NCBI RefSeq assembly: GCF_006345805.1
Contig: NC_043005.1
Location: 69,316,001-69,380,000, forward strand
Origin: Octopus sinensis
Lineage: Eukaryota
Direction of reading: 5' to 3'
DNA length: 64,000 bases
Below the pieces are notes generated by a model. The model was not told the origin of the DNA and made no database searches. It saw only the letters and a list, made by a program, of their open reading frames with translations. Every line of letters begins with the position of its first letter. Position 1 is the stretch's first letter. A program made the position numbers and the translations under genes. This document shows, in pieces, positions 38,681-53,662 of the stretch.

Positions 38681-41600
38681 TGCACATACACACACACACA
38701 GACACACACATACTACTTCCGGCTTCTCACACACACAATAGCCCCTACATGTCCATCCTACACATCCAGTCACCTAAAATTTTCGTCACCTCTGTTCTTC
38801 CTAACACCTCTACCAAACCCAACACATTTATAATACGCATATAACACACATCCACTTCATATAGACGTGTACATGCATGTGCACGTCCATATTACGGATA
38901 TTAGCGTACAAACACGGAATAAGCGTGCACTCTTTAGACTCATACACACGCAAATATTTTGATAACCTCGTTTACACAACCCAACTTGAAATATGGCCAC
39001 ACATCTACACCCATGCATGGGCAAACAATATACACATACAGAGGATCGTTATTTGCACACACACGTCTACACACAATTCCTGATAGCCTTGTACACACGC
39101 ACATTAAGACAATACAAGATCACACACATATATACGCACGATAAACATCCGCACTCCAATCGCACACCATAGCTTCACCGACACCTACGCACCTGGTGAT
39201 ACACACATACTTTTTAAAAACTCAATTAGATATACAATCACAACTCCTTAAGTCTCGTACACACACATAGGATCACACAAACGCTTACATATACATAAAG
39301 ATATACATCATACACTTAATACACTTATATATCTACTACGTATGTGGGTAATTTTGCCTGTGGGTCTGTTTGTTTGCTAAGTTGTTAGCTGACTCCTCCT
39401 ACATCGTTTCATCGATTTTGATGAGATTTAACACGTGAGTAGAACCTTATACCATCAGCATGCATTTGAAAAGAGCACAGACGTATTTCGTTTTATGGAA
39501 AAGGATGCATTAAATTGTCCCCTAAATTTCGAGAAAATTCCCTCCTTGTTTACTGATAACGACGAAACATATATAGTGTGAGGTATCCATATGTAACTTG
39601 AAATGTAACGCTATATATTGACTATCTCTGTCATTTACTTGTGGGAAATAACGCACCGTATTTTACTTTATCTAAGCCCTTATAATCGATTGGGATGTTT
39701 GCTTCTAAAGGCATTAGAGAAACCCCATCCTGGTAATTGATGCAAAGCCAAAAGAGAATAGGATGTAGTTTGATTCTTGGGACAACTGACTTTCTATGCA
39801 GACCAAACGATTCAGGAAGTATATATTTTCCAATAGTAGAACAATTGGGATATGATTTTGTTTTATATAATAATGAAATAACTGAAATTATCATTATCAA
39901 AAAGCCTTACGTCTAGAAACAAGATGATTACTATGAACACGTCTTTCATCCCCAGTTTCACAGCAGTTGTCTTACATGAAATACATTTTCCATAAATGTG
40001 TCTAAAATCCGATAGAGACGAATGTAACTACAATTCTAATGCATAGTTTATAACAAATACTAAGGAATTTTAACAATTAATATAACGTTCAGAAGAGATC
40101 TGAAAAGTATTCAAATATCTTTATTCGTAACTCTCTGTTAAACATTGTGTAAGGGAAATAAATTCGATGTAAGAGATTTGTTTCAAAATGCCTAATGCCG
40201 ACTGATTTTACTAGCAACACACCTTTATACAGTACGGTATTTTGATTTCACTTATACCCTACGTTCAGTAAGAAATTACATGCGAAAGATTTAATATGAG
40301 CACATATGACAGTCACAGATTAAGGCTGAATGTCATCTGTTTATACGAAAAAGTTAATTCGAAATAAAAATCGTGTGTATTTTATCGGTACTTAATTTAT
40401 CGACTCGGATAGAACGAAATTCTAGAAAGTAAAAATACAGGATTTTAATTCAGAGCAGAATGATTCCGAAGAAATTTTCGAAACTAAATATCTGTCGCTC
40501 TATCTATTCTTTCAAACATGAAAGGAAATTATCGATGGAGTTAAAAATGCAAGGTGATTTATTAATAGGAATCTAAAACCATTATGTATGCGTGATAAAA
40601 TGTTCGATGTTGCGATATGACATTCATAACACTGGAGAGGTTACATCACGTTTCTATACTTGTTCCAACTGCTGGTGAAATATATTTACTATATTTTATT
40701 ACTATCAATAGGTTTACGTAGCTTTCTATCTTTAATGCATGCGTATATTTATAAAAGCATAAGTATTCCACGTTATACAATTAAGGTATGTTTATTGTAT
40801 ATTCTCTGTATACATTACTTTAGTGTGTCTAAGTAGGCGAAATATAGTATATATGTAGCAATAAATGAATTGCAATTGAAGAATACAAAATGTTATGCTA
40901 CATAAAAGGAATATATTTAAATCATGAGCTGTAAAATTGTAATTACGTAAATTAAGAAACTAGAGGAAACAAATAAAGAGAAGACGAAACAAGAAAAATA
41001 CGCAAGGTAGAATATGATGCAAATATGTATGAAAATGAAATGACTTAATGAAAGTAAACAATCCAGTGTACAAAATAATATAAACATAATTAAAGTTTGA
41101 TAAGTAGATGGTTTATTAATATATTAATGATTAATATTATATTTTATAGAGACTTTAAAATATGCATGGAATTTGATGTAATATAAAATAAAAAATAGAA
41201 TTTGTATATTCATCAATTTTCCCATGTTTTATAAAAAGATATAATATTAAAAGACAAAAGTTAACGTGTGATAAGTATTTTGGTTTACTTTAGTTTAAGA
41301 TGAATTAACAAAGTGATTTACGACTTAATTACCTAAGTTCAAAATGCAAACGTTTCATAATGGTTGAGACAATGGAAACTACATAACCAAATATAAAGAA
41401 GCACGAAAGGTTATATATTTAGCTATATTAAATCACGAAATTGTAATTTTAATACTCTTAAAACGTTGTATGAGCATATGCATCAAAGTATAGCAATAAT
41501 GTTATGCAAGTTTTAGTATGATTGTTGTCGAGAGTAATTAAGAAAATGCAGAAAAGTATTAACAGCGCAGATAATCATGCAAAAATAATTAATGGGCATT

Positions 41601-43639
41601 TTTTTCAACATAGCAGCAACATATTAAGCTTTCAGATTATAATTTCTGTGAGAACTGGGTGAATTTGTGTTCTTTTTATGTGGCATATTGTATTCATTTT
41701 GCTGTTGATGATCACATACCATCTTCAGTGGAAGAAATCTATATTTAAATGTATTACTTTGTCCTGTGAAATAAATTATTATTTCTATGGTAGATCATGT
41801 ATATCATATTATATAATCTGGCACATTGGAATTAGTAGTTAGGCATTACTTCAATTACGTACGTAAATGAATTGGCTGTTCATATTTTTAAATGATAGGA
41901 AATAACACAGCCAACTATAAAACGTGTTTTTTTATATATTTTTATTGCCTAATTTCAAGACGTATTACAACATAATGAAATATATGCCATAGATTGAATG
42001 AGTAGTATGATATGAAAGGGTGTATGATATGAAAGTAAACTAAACATTAGAAATGTACGCATCTACAACTCCTTCAATGAAATAATACGCACTAATTATT
42101 CAGAGAAATCCCACTGTAAATTCTTTCCTAAATCAGTAATATCGAGATATATCTGTTTCCTATCTTTCATCGATTTCAAACAATTCCAGCTTAATGGGAT
42201 TAACAATCATCACAGATGATATTTCGATATTTCCTAATGGGATAAAAACGGAAAACCGGCCAATGAAATTTTCTCATTGATTACTTATTAAAACTTATAA
42301 TCCAGATTCTCTCGATTTTAACTGATATCTATTTCAGGGAATATATTCCCTCCTTATTTTCAATAACTAGAAGGAAATCACCAAATATCTGTCAAGTACT
42401 TATGTATTTATATTTGTAGATACTTAAACAAATTTGTCGTGCTTGATGACCAAAGTGACTAAGGAGAATATTTGATGTTATGCATAGAGCAATCCTAATG
42501 AAATGTATTACGATCACATATAATGCAACCGACGTAAAGATATGATCATTAATGCTGTGATGAAAATTTCTTAGCAGATCCACAGTCAGTTTAATGATGT
42601 CTATAATCATTACAACGAGGCTGACATGTGTAGTAGATTTTAAGATAAACTCTTAGCATAAACGATACAGACGGGAAGACAGATAAAGACGAAATTCCCA
42701 AATATACAGGACCGATAAGATTTAAATTACACAAGAAAAATTCAATTCCCAAAATTTGTATTACGTTTCCACAAGATACAAGAGAGTCATGAAATGTCTA
42801 CAGATATTCCGATTGCACAAATACCGGCGTTACAAAAAACAAATGAGATCTAGATTTTAAAACCAAATACTGTAAAAGGATAGCGATGTAACTCTCTACC
42901 ATGTAACATATATCAGGTTTACATAGATTTTTGTAAATTAGTTATCACTAGTTTGCTCGCTATATTCGCATTAATATAAGAGCCTAGATATTTCTTAAGT
43001 AAGAGCCTACATTTTTCTCAATTAAATTGCATTCATACTACACATGGTATTAGCATTAATGAACCACCGAATATTTCTCTCCAAATAGTTTAAATGTTGG
43101 GTAAAAGACTATGGAGAATGGGTGTAATTTCTAAGGTGAATCCCGTGTTTCTGGTATATATATTACATTAGAATGACAGAAAATACCAAAATCAGGAGAG
43201 ACCGAGTTACCCATACTGTACTTATCGTAGAAAATAATTTCACAACGTATGCATCTCACATCGATATAGTTAAAACGATATCAGATTAGATTAACGAAGT
43301 TGTCTTGCCTTGAGCCTTTAGTATTCGTTTCTTGCGTATTTAAGTCGCCTTAGTGCGTTTTGACCAGTGATTTTTTCTGAGCTATATACTTGCCATCTAT
43401 TTCCTTGAAAAGCAAAGCTAGTTTGTTTGAAGATGCTATCCAGATTCTGGTCGAATTCTGGGTTAAGCACACAGAAGATGCAAATAATTTTATATATTCG
43501 TATTTTGTGATAAAGATTGCGTATTTCTGTTCTTCCGCTAGATATAAATAGCCATAACATTAGTATGATAACGTTGGTAACTGCGAGCGCTTGCACATTT
43601 AGCAAAACGTACACACAATTTGCGAAATGATATCCTAAG

Positions 43640-43785
43640 CGATAGTACCTGGAGCACCGCCTTTAGTGGACTAAATCGACGTCAGAACTTATTCTTCGTA
43701 AGTCTGTTATTCATTCTATCGATTATTTTTGCTGTACCAGTATATTACGGGAACGTAATCACACCAACATCGTTGTTGGGCGCAC
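43640..43785 (-). mobile_element. SINE family S1 3' part
   Basis: Reverse complement matches the S1 tail incl. ggtgctccagg. Confidence 0.65.
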
Positions 43786-43803
43786 AAACACGGACACAAA
43801 TAA

Positions 43804-43872
<69 letters not shown>

Positions 43873-43947
43873 GTGTATATATGTATATGTGTGTGTGCAG
43901 ATATATATATATATATACATGTATATATATATGTAGACATATATACA

Positions 43948-43990
<43 letters not shown>

Positions 43991-44634
43991 GAGCCGCCCT
44001 GATTGATCGCTAACCCCTAAAGCTTTTTTATTCTCTCTCTGTTTGCTTCATCGTGTTCCTTTCTGTTGAAGAGTGAAACGTAAGAGACTTTCTCACCTTC
44101 CCTAGCGTTAAACTCATATACCTGTGTGTTGTTTATACACCTGTCTTCGTCGTGTGTTTCTCTGTAAATTCCAACTATATACATATGCATGTGTTTATGC
44201 ATACACACATACGTTCATATACATATATAACGTGAAATGCTCAAACTTTTGTACTTGTACTAATCTTCATTTTGAAACCATGTTCCGCATTTCAATGAGA
44301 TACGGTCACCAATTTGTTTGATTAATCACATAGAACCTCTCACAATTATCAATATTTGTCCTATGTTCTAGCAATACCAGTGATAGACAACGCCTACGAG
44401 ATATGAGCTCCTACGACATTAGAAACCTAATTACTATCTCCGACTGATAGAAGGCTGGTGATATACGTGGTGGGATTGTCATTGTGGGCACATTTGGGAA
44501 ACAAGACCATTTAACAATAAAATGGTTTAACATCTGAGAGGGAAGCACGGAAGCACAAGGAATGCGTCTGAACTGTAACTGTCAATATATGTAGACCCTT
44601 GAGAATATAGCCAAATGAGAGATAGATGTAAGTC

Positions 44635-44760
<126 letters not shown>

Positions 44761-45344
44761 TCTGTCTGTCAGTCTATCTGTCTGTCTTTCTGTGTTGTGT
44801 ATAAGCTATTATATGTATATGTATATATGCGCATACATATGTACACTCAAATAAAAGAAAAACTCGTAAAATGGAGAAAAGAAATGAATTTAGAAACAGT
44901 CTATATCTTTCTTAAATTTGCTTACAATCTATTGATATCATGAAGCGGAAATGTAGAAGGTTAAATAAAGTATCACAAAGCTATATTTTCTGATGTGTAC
45001 ATAATTCATGCGTGACGAAAAACTCTGAAGAAATTTCAGTGAGTGAAAATTGTTATTTAAAACAGTTATATTTCTTTGTCTGAATTTTGTTTTTCAGGTG
45101 TCATAATCCATTAGCTTAAAATGCTTATGAATGCACTGAGTAGATGAACTTAATTTTTAAGTACCGTATACATTTGAATAATTTGTTGAACACTTATATT
45201 ATTTAAGTTGCTTGGCTCCAAGAAACTCCCTGCAGTTTCTTCATTATTGCACAAATTACAGACATTTTCATTTTGACTCACGGAACTTCCTGCGTCATTA
45301 AATGACTACATTCAAAGTCTACATTACGAAATATCTTTTCGAGT

Positions 45345-45518
45345 AAGATATTTCAGCTAAGGAAATTTTATTTACATTTTTTACGTTATTTACATTTGAC
45401 GGATATTTGCCCTTATCTTGTCTATTGTTAACACAACTTTTCGTCTGATATACCCTCCAGCCTTCATCAGGTGACTTGGAGAAATTTGGAACCTGGGTTC
45501 TCATTCCTACGGTATTTT

Positions 45519-45606
<88 letters not shown>

Positions 45607-45655
45607 CATTATTATTATTATTATTATTATTACTTAGGTCAATGACCTGAATAAT
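45345..45655 (-). mobile_element. Family H1 unit truncated in the head; hammerhead 45430-45475
   Basis: Minus strand GUCAC-CUGAUGA-A-GGCUG..CAGAC-GAAAA-GUU-GUGUU; head remnant at ~45635-45650. Confidence 0.85.
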
Positions 45656-45660
45656 TATGA

Positions 45661-45691
<31 letters not shown>

Positions 45692-45743
45692 ACTGGTGAG
45701 GATGTTGATGATGATTATGAGGATGAAGATGATAATAATAATA

Positions 45744-45789
<46 letters not shown>

Positions 45790-45793
<4 letters not shown>

Positions 45794-46340
45794 GCCCTGA
45801 TGCAGTACCAGGCAGTGGCTCTCATGGCTTCTGATCTTAACTGATTGGAAGTGTTATCATGTACACTGTTTTGTCTTTGTATAAAAGATGGACTACAGCA
45901 AATATTCTGCTCAATACCACAGGTTTGCTGTCAGTTGTTGACCTTACCAGTTGAGCATGCCCTTAGTGGCTGACGGTATGTGCATCTCTGATCACGAGCA
46001 GAAGTAGGGGGGAGCATCATAGCCATGTGTTGAGAGGATTCTTTGGGGTTTGAATAATCACCTCTGGAAACATGGGTGTTTCGTTCAACGTCCTTAAACA
46101 ACCCTTATTCAGGGACCATTTGAGCAGGATGGGTTACTCGATCTGAAGAAAATTCTAACTGGGCTCCACCTGCAAGGTCATGTGCTGTTTATCTTGATAT
46201 GAGATTACCATGTCACGCACATATGGTTGTGATGCATGTGCCTGGTGTACCCTTATCAGACGGGTAGTCATGATGGGTATACTGGGCTTCGTATATTTTA
46301 CCCCAGTGTCACTTTGATGGCATGCTCTGCTCGCTCACTC
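45790..46340 (+). mobile_element. Family U550: ~550-bp non-coding unit flanked on both sides by (AAT)n
   Basis: Starts aaatgccctgatgcagtaccagg and ends gctcactc-aataat. Reverse complement of the units at 59020-61707. Strand is inferred from the (AAT)n tail. Confidence 0.85.
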
Positions 46341-46344
46341 AATA

Positions 46345-46605
46345 ATAATAATACTAATACTAATAATAATAATAATTATTATAATAATAATAATAATAGT
46401 AATAATAATAACGAAAAATACCTTAAGAATGAGAACCCAGGTTCGAAATTTCCCCAAGACACCTGACGAAGACTGGAGTGTATATCAGCCGAAACCTTGT
46501 GTTAACAATAAGCAAGATGAGGACAAATATCCGTCAAATGTAAATAACGTAAACAATCTAAAAAATTATACAATTCCCCATCTCTTAAATATAGAACTGC
46601 AAGCA
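46345..46605 (+). mobile_element. Family H1 (AAT)n + tail without head; hammerhead 46458-46503
   Basis: GACAC-CUGACGA-A-GACUG..CAGCC-GAAAC-CUU-GUGUU; the tail matches 17335-17507. Confidence 0.85.
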
Positions 46606-47126
46606 AATGTTCACTAACATATTAGAAACCATTTATATTTATGTGATATCCCTAAGATCCAACATAATTTGCATCAAAATAACATTTTGCTTTGTGTTTT
46701 AGTGACATATCGACAGTTGTTATTCAGCCTAAAAGTGGCTTGACTATCAAATACAAAAGTTCCTTTAAATATATTTTTTGATGTTGTGTAAATTACACTA
46801 TGTCCTTTAGAAAAATGTACGATCATTGTGGTAACGAATTTCATCTAGGTTTTCTAAACAACGGCGGGTAGTAGCTTGTTTAGTATAATCTGCGTTGACA
46901 ATTTCAACATAAATAAGGCATTACATTTATTTACATACGTAATTGGTTAATAAATATTTCGTATTGCTTGTACGTTCACAAAAATACTTTTGTAGGTTAA
47001 GCAGTTACACATAGCACATATACACACTGTCACACACACACACACACACACGCATACACTCATATATAACATACGCAGAGATAAATACACACGCATATAC
47101 ATGCATTCACGCATACTTTATACATT

Positions 47127-47167
<41 letters not shown>

Positions 47168-47174
<7 letters not shown>

Positions 47175-48067
47175 GTAGAAAAATAAACATGGACAAGAAC
47201 GTATAACTCATAGAAGACGATACAATAAACATGGACAGGACATTCGAACCCCTCAGTCTTCAGTCAAGAACCGGATCATCGTAGTAATTTCGGCTGATTA
47301 ATCTTGAGATTACTAGATCACGGCCAGCCCTCCAAGAAAAACTAAGCTGGAAGCGTAGATTTCCTGGAAGAAGGATCGAATGCATACGAACACCAGGACA
47401 GCAAAAGGGACAGATATAAAAAAACAACAAAAACAATAATGGAATACAGAAACATGAAATACAGAAGCATTAACGGTGAAAACAACAAGTGTCTTACGAC
47501 TGATAACAAGCAAACAAATTTTTTCTCTGGCGCATGGAAAAAGCCTTTATAGCGGCGGACGAAGAAACAACGATGTTAACACGACGAGGGTCAGGAGCTG
47601 AAAGGCAGATTTCGGCCAACAGTCACGTGACAGAGAAGAGGGAAAAGAAAATAAAGAGAAGCAAAGGAAGAGAGAGAGAGAGAAAAAGGGGGACAAAACG
47701 CAACAAAGAGAGAGAAGAGAGAGAAAGAAGGAATCAGAGAGGAGAAGGGATGGGTGTCGAAGAATGACCTGTGAGTGCAGAGCGAGACAAAGAAATAGGA
47801 GGGTAGTGGAAGACTAGACCAAAGATCAGAGGAAAGAGAAGATGAATAGAGAGAAAGTAAAAATGAGAGAGAGAGAGAGACAAACAGAGAGTCGTACCAA
47901 TTATTAAGAATATGTGTTCACATTAATGATAAGGGGGTACGGGGCGCCTGGAATATAAGTTAAGGTATGTAGAAAAATACAACATGGACAAGAACGTATA
48001 ACTCATAGAAGACGATACAATAAACATGGACAGACATTCGAACCTCAGCTTCAGTCAAGAACCGGAT
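47168..48067. mobile_element. Element with ~105-bp direct terminal repeats (pseudo-LTR-like) around a GA-rich core
   Basis: aaggtatgtagaaaaata..catggacaagaacgtataactcatagaagacgatacaataaacatggaca..cattcgaacc..ttcagtcaagaaccggat at ~47168-47278 and ~47962-48067. Confidence 0.65.
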
Positions 48068-51000
48068 AATATATATTATATATATATATGAGTGTGTGTG
48101 TGTATGTGTATAGTTTGATACGTCGTATATTCATAACCCTTATTTGTTGCACTTTCTTTTTCTAGAACATAAGTACACGTAATGGACTATAGTTTCCATT
48201 TTAGATTATAGTCTTACGTCTTGTACTAATGAGTAAGTTTCTAGCGTTGTTGAATTGGAAATACGTTGTCTTATCATTTGAGCTTTAATACTTTTGGCCA
48301 ATAATCTGTTTGTTCAGAGGCGCATGTGATGAAAAGCCATAATGTAGAATAAATGAAAATGAATTGAAACCATCCAATTATTAGACCAACGTCACACTTC
48401 TACTTCTATGATAACGTAAACAACATTTAAGCTTACATATGTTACAATTGTGCAATATTACAAATGTCAACAGATATCTTTTAGTAGGATATTATACAAG
48501 TATAATACGTGGACAAATATACTTTTCCATCTACACGTATTTGTATCAACACTCACGTGGAAAAATATAGTGAGAGCTGTAGAAATGTGCAGGTATAAGA
48601 TGCGAGTTGATAAATTTTATGAGATAATTGGATCAAATACAAACTGAAAATTGATGTGTGTACTTCCTATACAATTACGTATATTATTGATTTCCTGCGT
48701 TTCTTAATTAGATCTTTAGATAACTATATTACTAAAGATATAAGCATACTCATGCACAGCTACGTGAACAGCCATTAGATTACTAAGATGTATAAATATT
48801 TATGAATAAACATACATTAAATGTAGCACTTGCATACGAATATATCGGGAATGTATTTCATCCCAACATATTCAATGATAGATTGTAATAACATAAATAT
48901 TCTAATATTACTGCAAACCTGTTAAACATATACATAATTAAAGGTACGTTTGGTAGAGTAAAATTTAGACATATGACAAGTATTACTTATGGCTGAGATT
49001 CGTTCCTAGAATCAACATAGATGCGTATTTATTATAAGCGCGGTTTTTTAAATGGTGGCTAATAATAGTAGAATTAATGAGTTATGTTTACGTTCTCCAT
49101 ATTTCTGCATTTCAGAAATGTAAGAAAGAAAAAGCGAAGGTTAGGGAAACACTTTAACAGTCATAATTATGCAGGTGTGTTTCTGAAGATGATTCTATAG
49201 CCTTTGAATTTTTGTTCGACTTTGGTTAATATGTAACCTTATTAATTCATATTCTCAGTTGCGCTTCTTGAAACAACGCACTTATATATGGGAACTTACT
49301 TGAATATTCAGGATATACTTGCACAAATATATTGATACTACTGTTCGATTTCACAAGTTCATGTTAGGGTATTGCATCCATGCAAATATTTGCAAATAAT
49401 TCTGATTCTTCTGGGGAAAACGAATATTGTTTGAGATCGAGTCTTTGCAAAGCGTGGATTATGGTGTTTATTAGCGTTATCTAGGTGTGAAAGTATATGT
49501 AACTGTTCGCGCACACACTAGCAAACGAACACACAAACACTCTCTCTCTCCCACTTCTATCTCTCACGCATAAACACAAACCCATACACACACGCACACA
49601 AACACACACACATATGAAACGCAAAGACAAGTATGCATTCGTCTCTGGCTTGTATATATATTTCTTAGAAAATATACATCTGCAAAAAAATATATAAATC
49701 ATATACACAGACACAAAAAGAATCAGACATATATATGGAAAAATTCCTACAAGATTTATAACATGGAAAACTTTATATAAATAAATAACCAAGGATGTAA
49801 TGATACTGTTTTTGTAGTTTTGTTTTCTTTTTGCGAATAGTAAAGTGTTTGTTTGATGTATAATTAAACCAAAAGCAATTCTTGTTGATTAAGAATGTCA
49901 TACTAGAAATAAAAGAAACAAGTCAAAACTACAGAAGAATCTAATTAGTGCTTTAATTTAATAAAGTGTTTGGTAAATTACAAACAAAATATGGAGCAAG
50001 ATTCGGAAAAAAATCTTCTCATTAAAGGTAAGAATAGAAATGTAGCAAACTTGTTGTACTCTGCATCGAGATGTAAAACTGCAATTTGCGCGGCTTCCTT
50101 AAAGTTCGCCTCCTGTTTTAAAATGTTATATTTTATTATATTGTTTTGTTTTATTGTGAAAGAACAGGGTATTTTGTATTCTGTTGTTTGTCTTATTACT
50201 TGTGGAATCTAGAGTTGTTACATTCTAGACAACAGCTTCTGTTTGGGCAATTTTGTTGCAAATGCAGCCTTTTGATGTTTGCTCTTAATTAGAGTGATTA
50301 ACCTGGCAAGTTAATCATTAAAAAAAATGAATAAAAATGTATAACTACATATATATATATGTGCACACACTCATATGTATATATGTATATAGTATATGTG
50401 CATTTGCTTATAAATATATATATATATATATATGAGTGTGTGTGTGTGTGTATGTGTGCGTATATTTATGCACACATATACACACACTTACGCATGCATG
50501 TGTGTATGTATGCATGTATTTATATACTCAACCCACTCAGACACACGCACGCTCACAAACACACTTCATTCTTCTCTTTCTGTCTTAATTATTGCTTCTG
50601 TTTAACTTTACTTTCTCAGCTGTTTCTCTCTCTCCTTGTGTCGTAAATCCGTTTTCAGTTATTCAGTTTGTACCGTACTTTCTCTCTCCTGTATCTCCCA
50701 AACATATTCTTTTTATTCTGCGTACACCGGTTACTTGTTCCTTTACCGTTCTCTCTCACATTCTCCATCACTATCTCTCCCCTTCCCTCTCTCTCAGTCT
50801 CTCTCCCTGCTTGACTTATTTTAAAAATCAAGAAGTAGTGACACCAAGAAGTATAGTACTACGGCAATAGCGTTCATGTCCGGCGTCATTAACTCAAAGC
50901 ATATGCAGATATATCTGTTTAGACATCTCAACTACTCAACTTTATTTCGATTATTTGGGTAGGTTAATTGTTGGTTGACAAGTAAAACTATGGTAAACGG

Positions 51001-52097
51001 CTAATGAGTGTGTTTCTGTTATCAGCAATTCCTTACGAACTATCTACCTTCCAATTACTCTAACGAAAATACGTGACTATATTTTATAACGTTATCTTCT
51101 CTGAAATGCACTCATGGTCACTTCTTAGCACGTATATAAAAAGAGTAACGTTATATGCATCATATTAAAGATGCTATTGTAACATCTCCTACAAATCGCC
51201 AGACATGAAAAATACCTAAGGATTGCATTGAACTCCAAAATACGGGTTTTGACATACAATTGGTGAGACTTTTCTGCTATTATATTTCACAGACATAATG
51301 CTGACAAAAGAGTTATCTCTATATAACTAGGTACAGGTAAGAAATAAGGTTGGTTTTTCGAAATGATGCTGATCAAGATACTGCAACAATAATCCATGAA
51401 AATTCCGGACCAGTCCCAAAGTTTAAGATGCAAATGAATGCTAAATTGTCTTTTGGTTACACAAACATTGAGAATACTTCAAAGTCTTTAGCATATGTGT
51501 ATGTGTGCATACACTCTGGTGGACTATGATGAACCTTCATACCATGGTGCTGCCTAAGATTGCAACCTTTTCTTTGTAAGCAAGAAAGCATATTATGCAA
51601 TAAATATATCATTCAGAAGTGCAGTGCCAACAATATCAGATAGGAATGTAGTACACATATTGTCTGCTGCAATATCGTATTTCTGTCAATAACTATTATC
51701 ATAGATGCCAGTTTGAAATATCAAGTAGTCTCTTCAACATCTGTGTTATGCCTATAAGTATTTGCATATAATTCGTGATTCAAAGCAATATGTTCTTACA
51801 TCTGTGTTGAAGTGAAAGCTCTGCAGAGCATTCGCCTGAGATATGTTGCTTTATGAACTATTTAAAAAAATTAATATCACAATACACTGGCTATTACTGA
51901 ATATACACCAGATGCAATCACTCCTGATATGCTGGGTACAGGTGTTTGTCAGCTTTGTTTATATGTAGATTTAGTAGTAGAGACTGAAAAATGTATGAGA
52001 AAACACAGGATACAATAAGTATTCAGTGGGTAATTTCGCTCCACAATTATTGAGCAATTCTAATAGAATAAAACGAAATTCGAGAACAAGCATTTAC

Positions 52098-52447
52098 ATA
52101 GGCGCAAGAGTGTGTGAGTGGTGTGTAGCGTGATTACCAACCATATAGTCCAGAGATCAAACCAATGCATATCACCCTGGGCAAGTGTCTTCTACTATAC
52201 CCTCGGACTGACCAAAGCTTTCTGAGTGGATTTGGTAGACGGAAACTGAAAGAAACCCGTCGCATATATGTGTGTGTGTTTCCAACACACCATCGCTTAA
52301 TAACTGATGGTGGTATGTTCACGTCCCTGTAATTTTGCGGTTTGGCAAAAGACCCGAGAGAATAGGTACTGGGCTTACAAAGAATAATTCCCGGGGTAGA
52401 CTTGTTCGAATAAAGGCAGTAATCCGTGTTCTGTCGTAGCACGGCAG
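52098..52447 (+). mobile_element. SINE family S1, near full length
   Basis: Colinear with 6787-7185. Confidence 0.85.
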
Positions 52448-53470
52448 TAGCATTTTAGTTACCAGATTCCAGTAGTGACAGGAGAGCCCTGGCATTAGAT
52501 TTCACTAGAGTATTTTCTATTTCTCCAACTCAGAGAAACACACTAGCATACAACAAGCTACATCCAGCCGGGCACATAATTCTGAGTTTCCCTTCAAGCA
52601 AATGTTACATGCCAACGATGAGACTTAATGCACCTAAAACGTACATTATGTTGTACGGGCTAAACGCCTACGATCCATTTGCATGAAAGGTTACTCGATC
52701 CATACGTACACTCACATTATATGAAGAATAACAAACAACAGATACGATGGATCATGATTTTCTATGTTTTTAATGTCAATCCGATATCAGTTATGACGGC
52801 GCTTTCAAACATAACGTGAACAGGGAAAAAGGTTCTTTTTCGTTCAGAGAATGTTTTAGATTCTTCACAGAAAGAAAGAAACAGCTAATAAGTACAGAAC
52901 TGGTCAGTCTTCACGACATTTTTACTTTGATATCTCAAAATCTTAAATTTTACTTTGGATTTTATTTTTCAGTCTGCTTAGCGTTATTTCCTTATAACCT
53001 CAACATAAGGAAAAATAAAATCTATAATCAGCCTGACACTTCTTTGTTTATTTCTTTTTCCCTGTATTTTTTATTTTGATTTTAATTGTATTTTCTCAGG
53101 GTCTAAATTTGCCTGTAAACTGCTGAAAATTACACATCATTTTGGTTATACATTTCGCACACTGAGTGAAAATAGTGTAGTATATAACGACTGATTATTT
53201 AAGCAATCACACAAGGAGCCACATTTAACTCCTTGGTGGTATAATAATTATTACACAATATGTCACCAAAGTTCTACAATTTTAAAATGTGTTTATTTTA
53301 AAAGTGTGGTATGTAACGAGTGATTTTAAATAAATTATGGCACTCGTTCCATTTTCTAGTCCCATGGTATTCCAGACGTATATACAGCAGGAGGAGTATT
53401 TCCAATTTATGATGATATCAGGTAGTTAATGCTTGCGAATGAGATTTGCTTTACCCGAATCTAATTTAAC

Positions 53471-53530
<60 letters not shown>

Positions 53531-53595
53531 GTATGTATGTATATATATGTATATATATACATATGCGTGTATATATCTATCTATCTATCTATCAA

Positions 53596-53662
<67 letters not shown>

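Noticed and set aside
42330-42700. Possible GIY-YIG remnant
   Set aside because: Motif similarity is too weak to separate from AT-rich noise.
45790-45830. Hammerhead at the U550 5' end (CUGAUGC)
   Set aside because: A9 is missing and no GAAA follows a stem II; only a simple hairpin forms.
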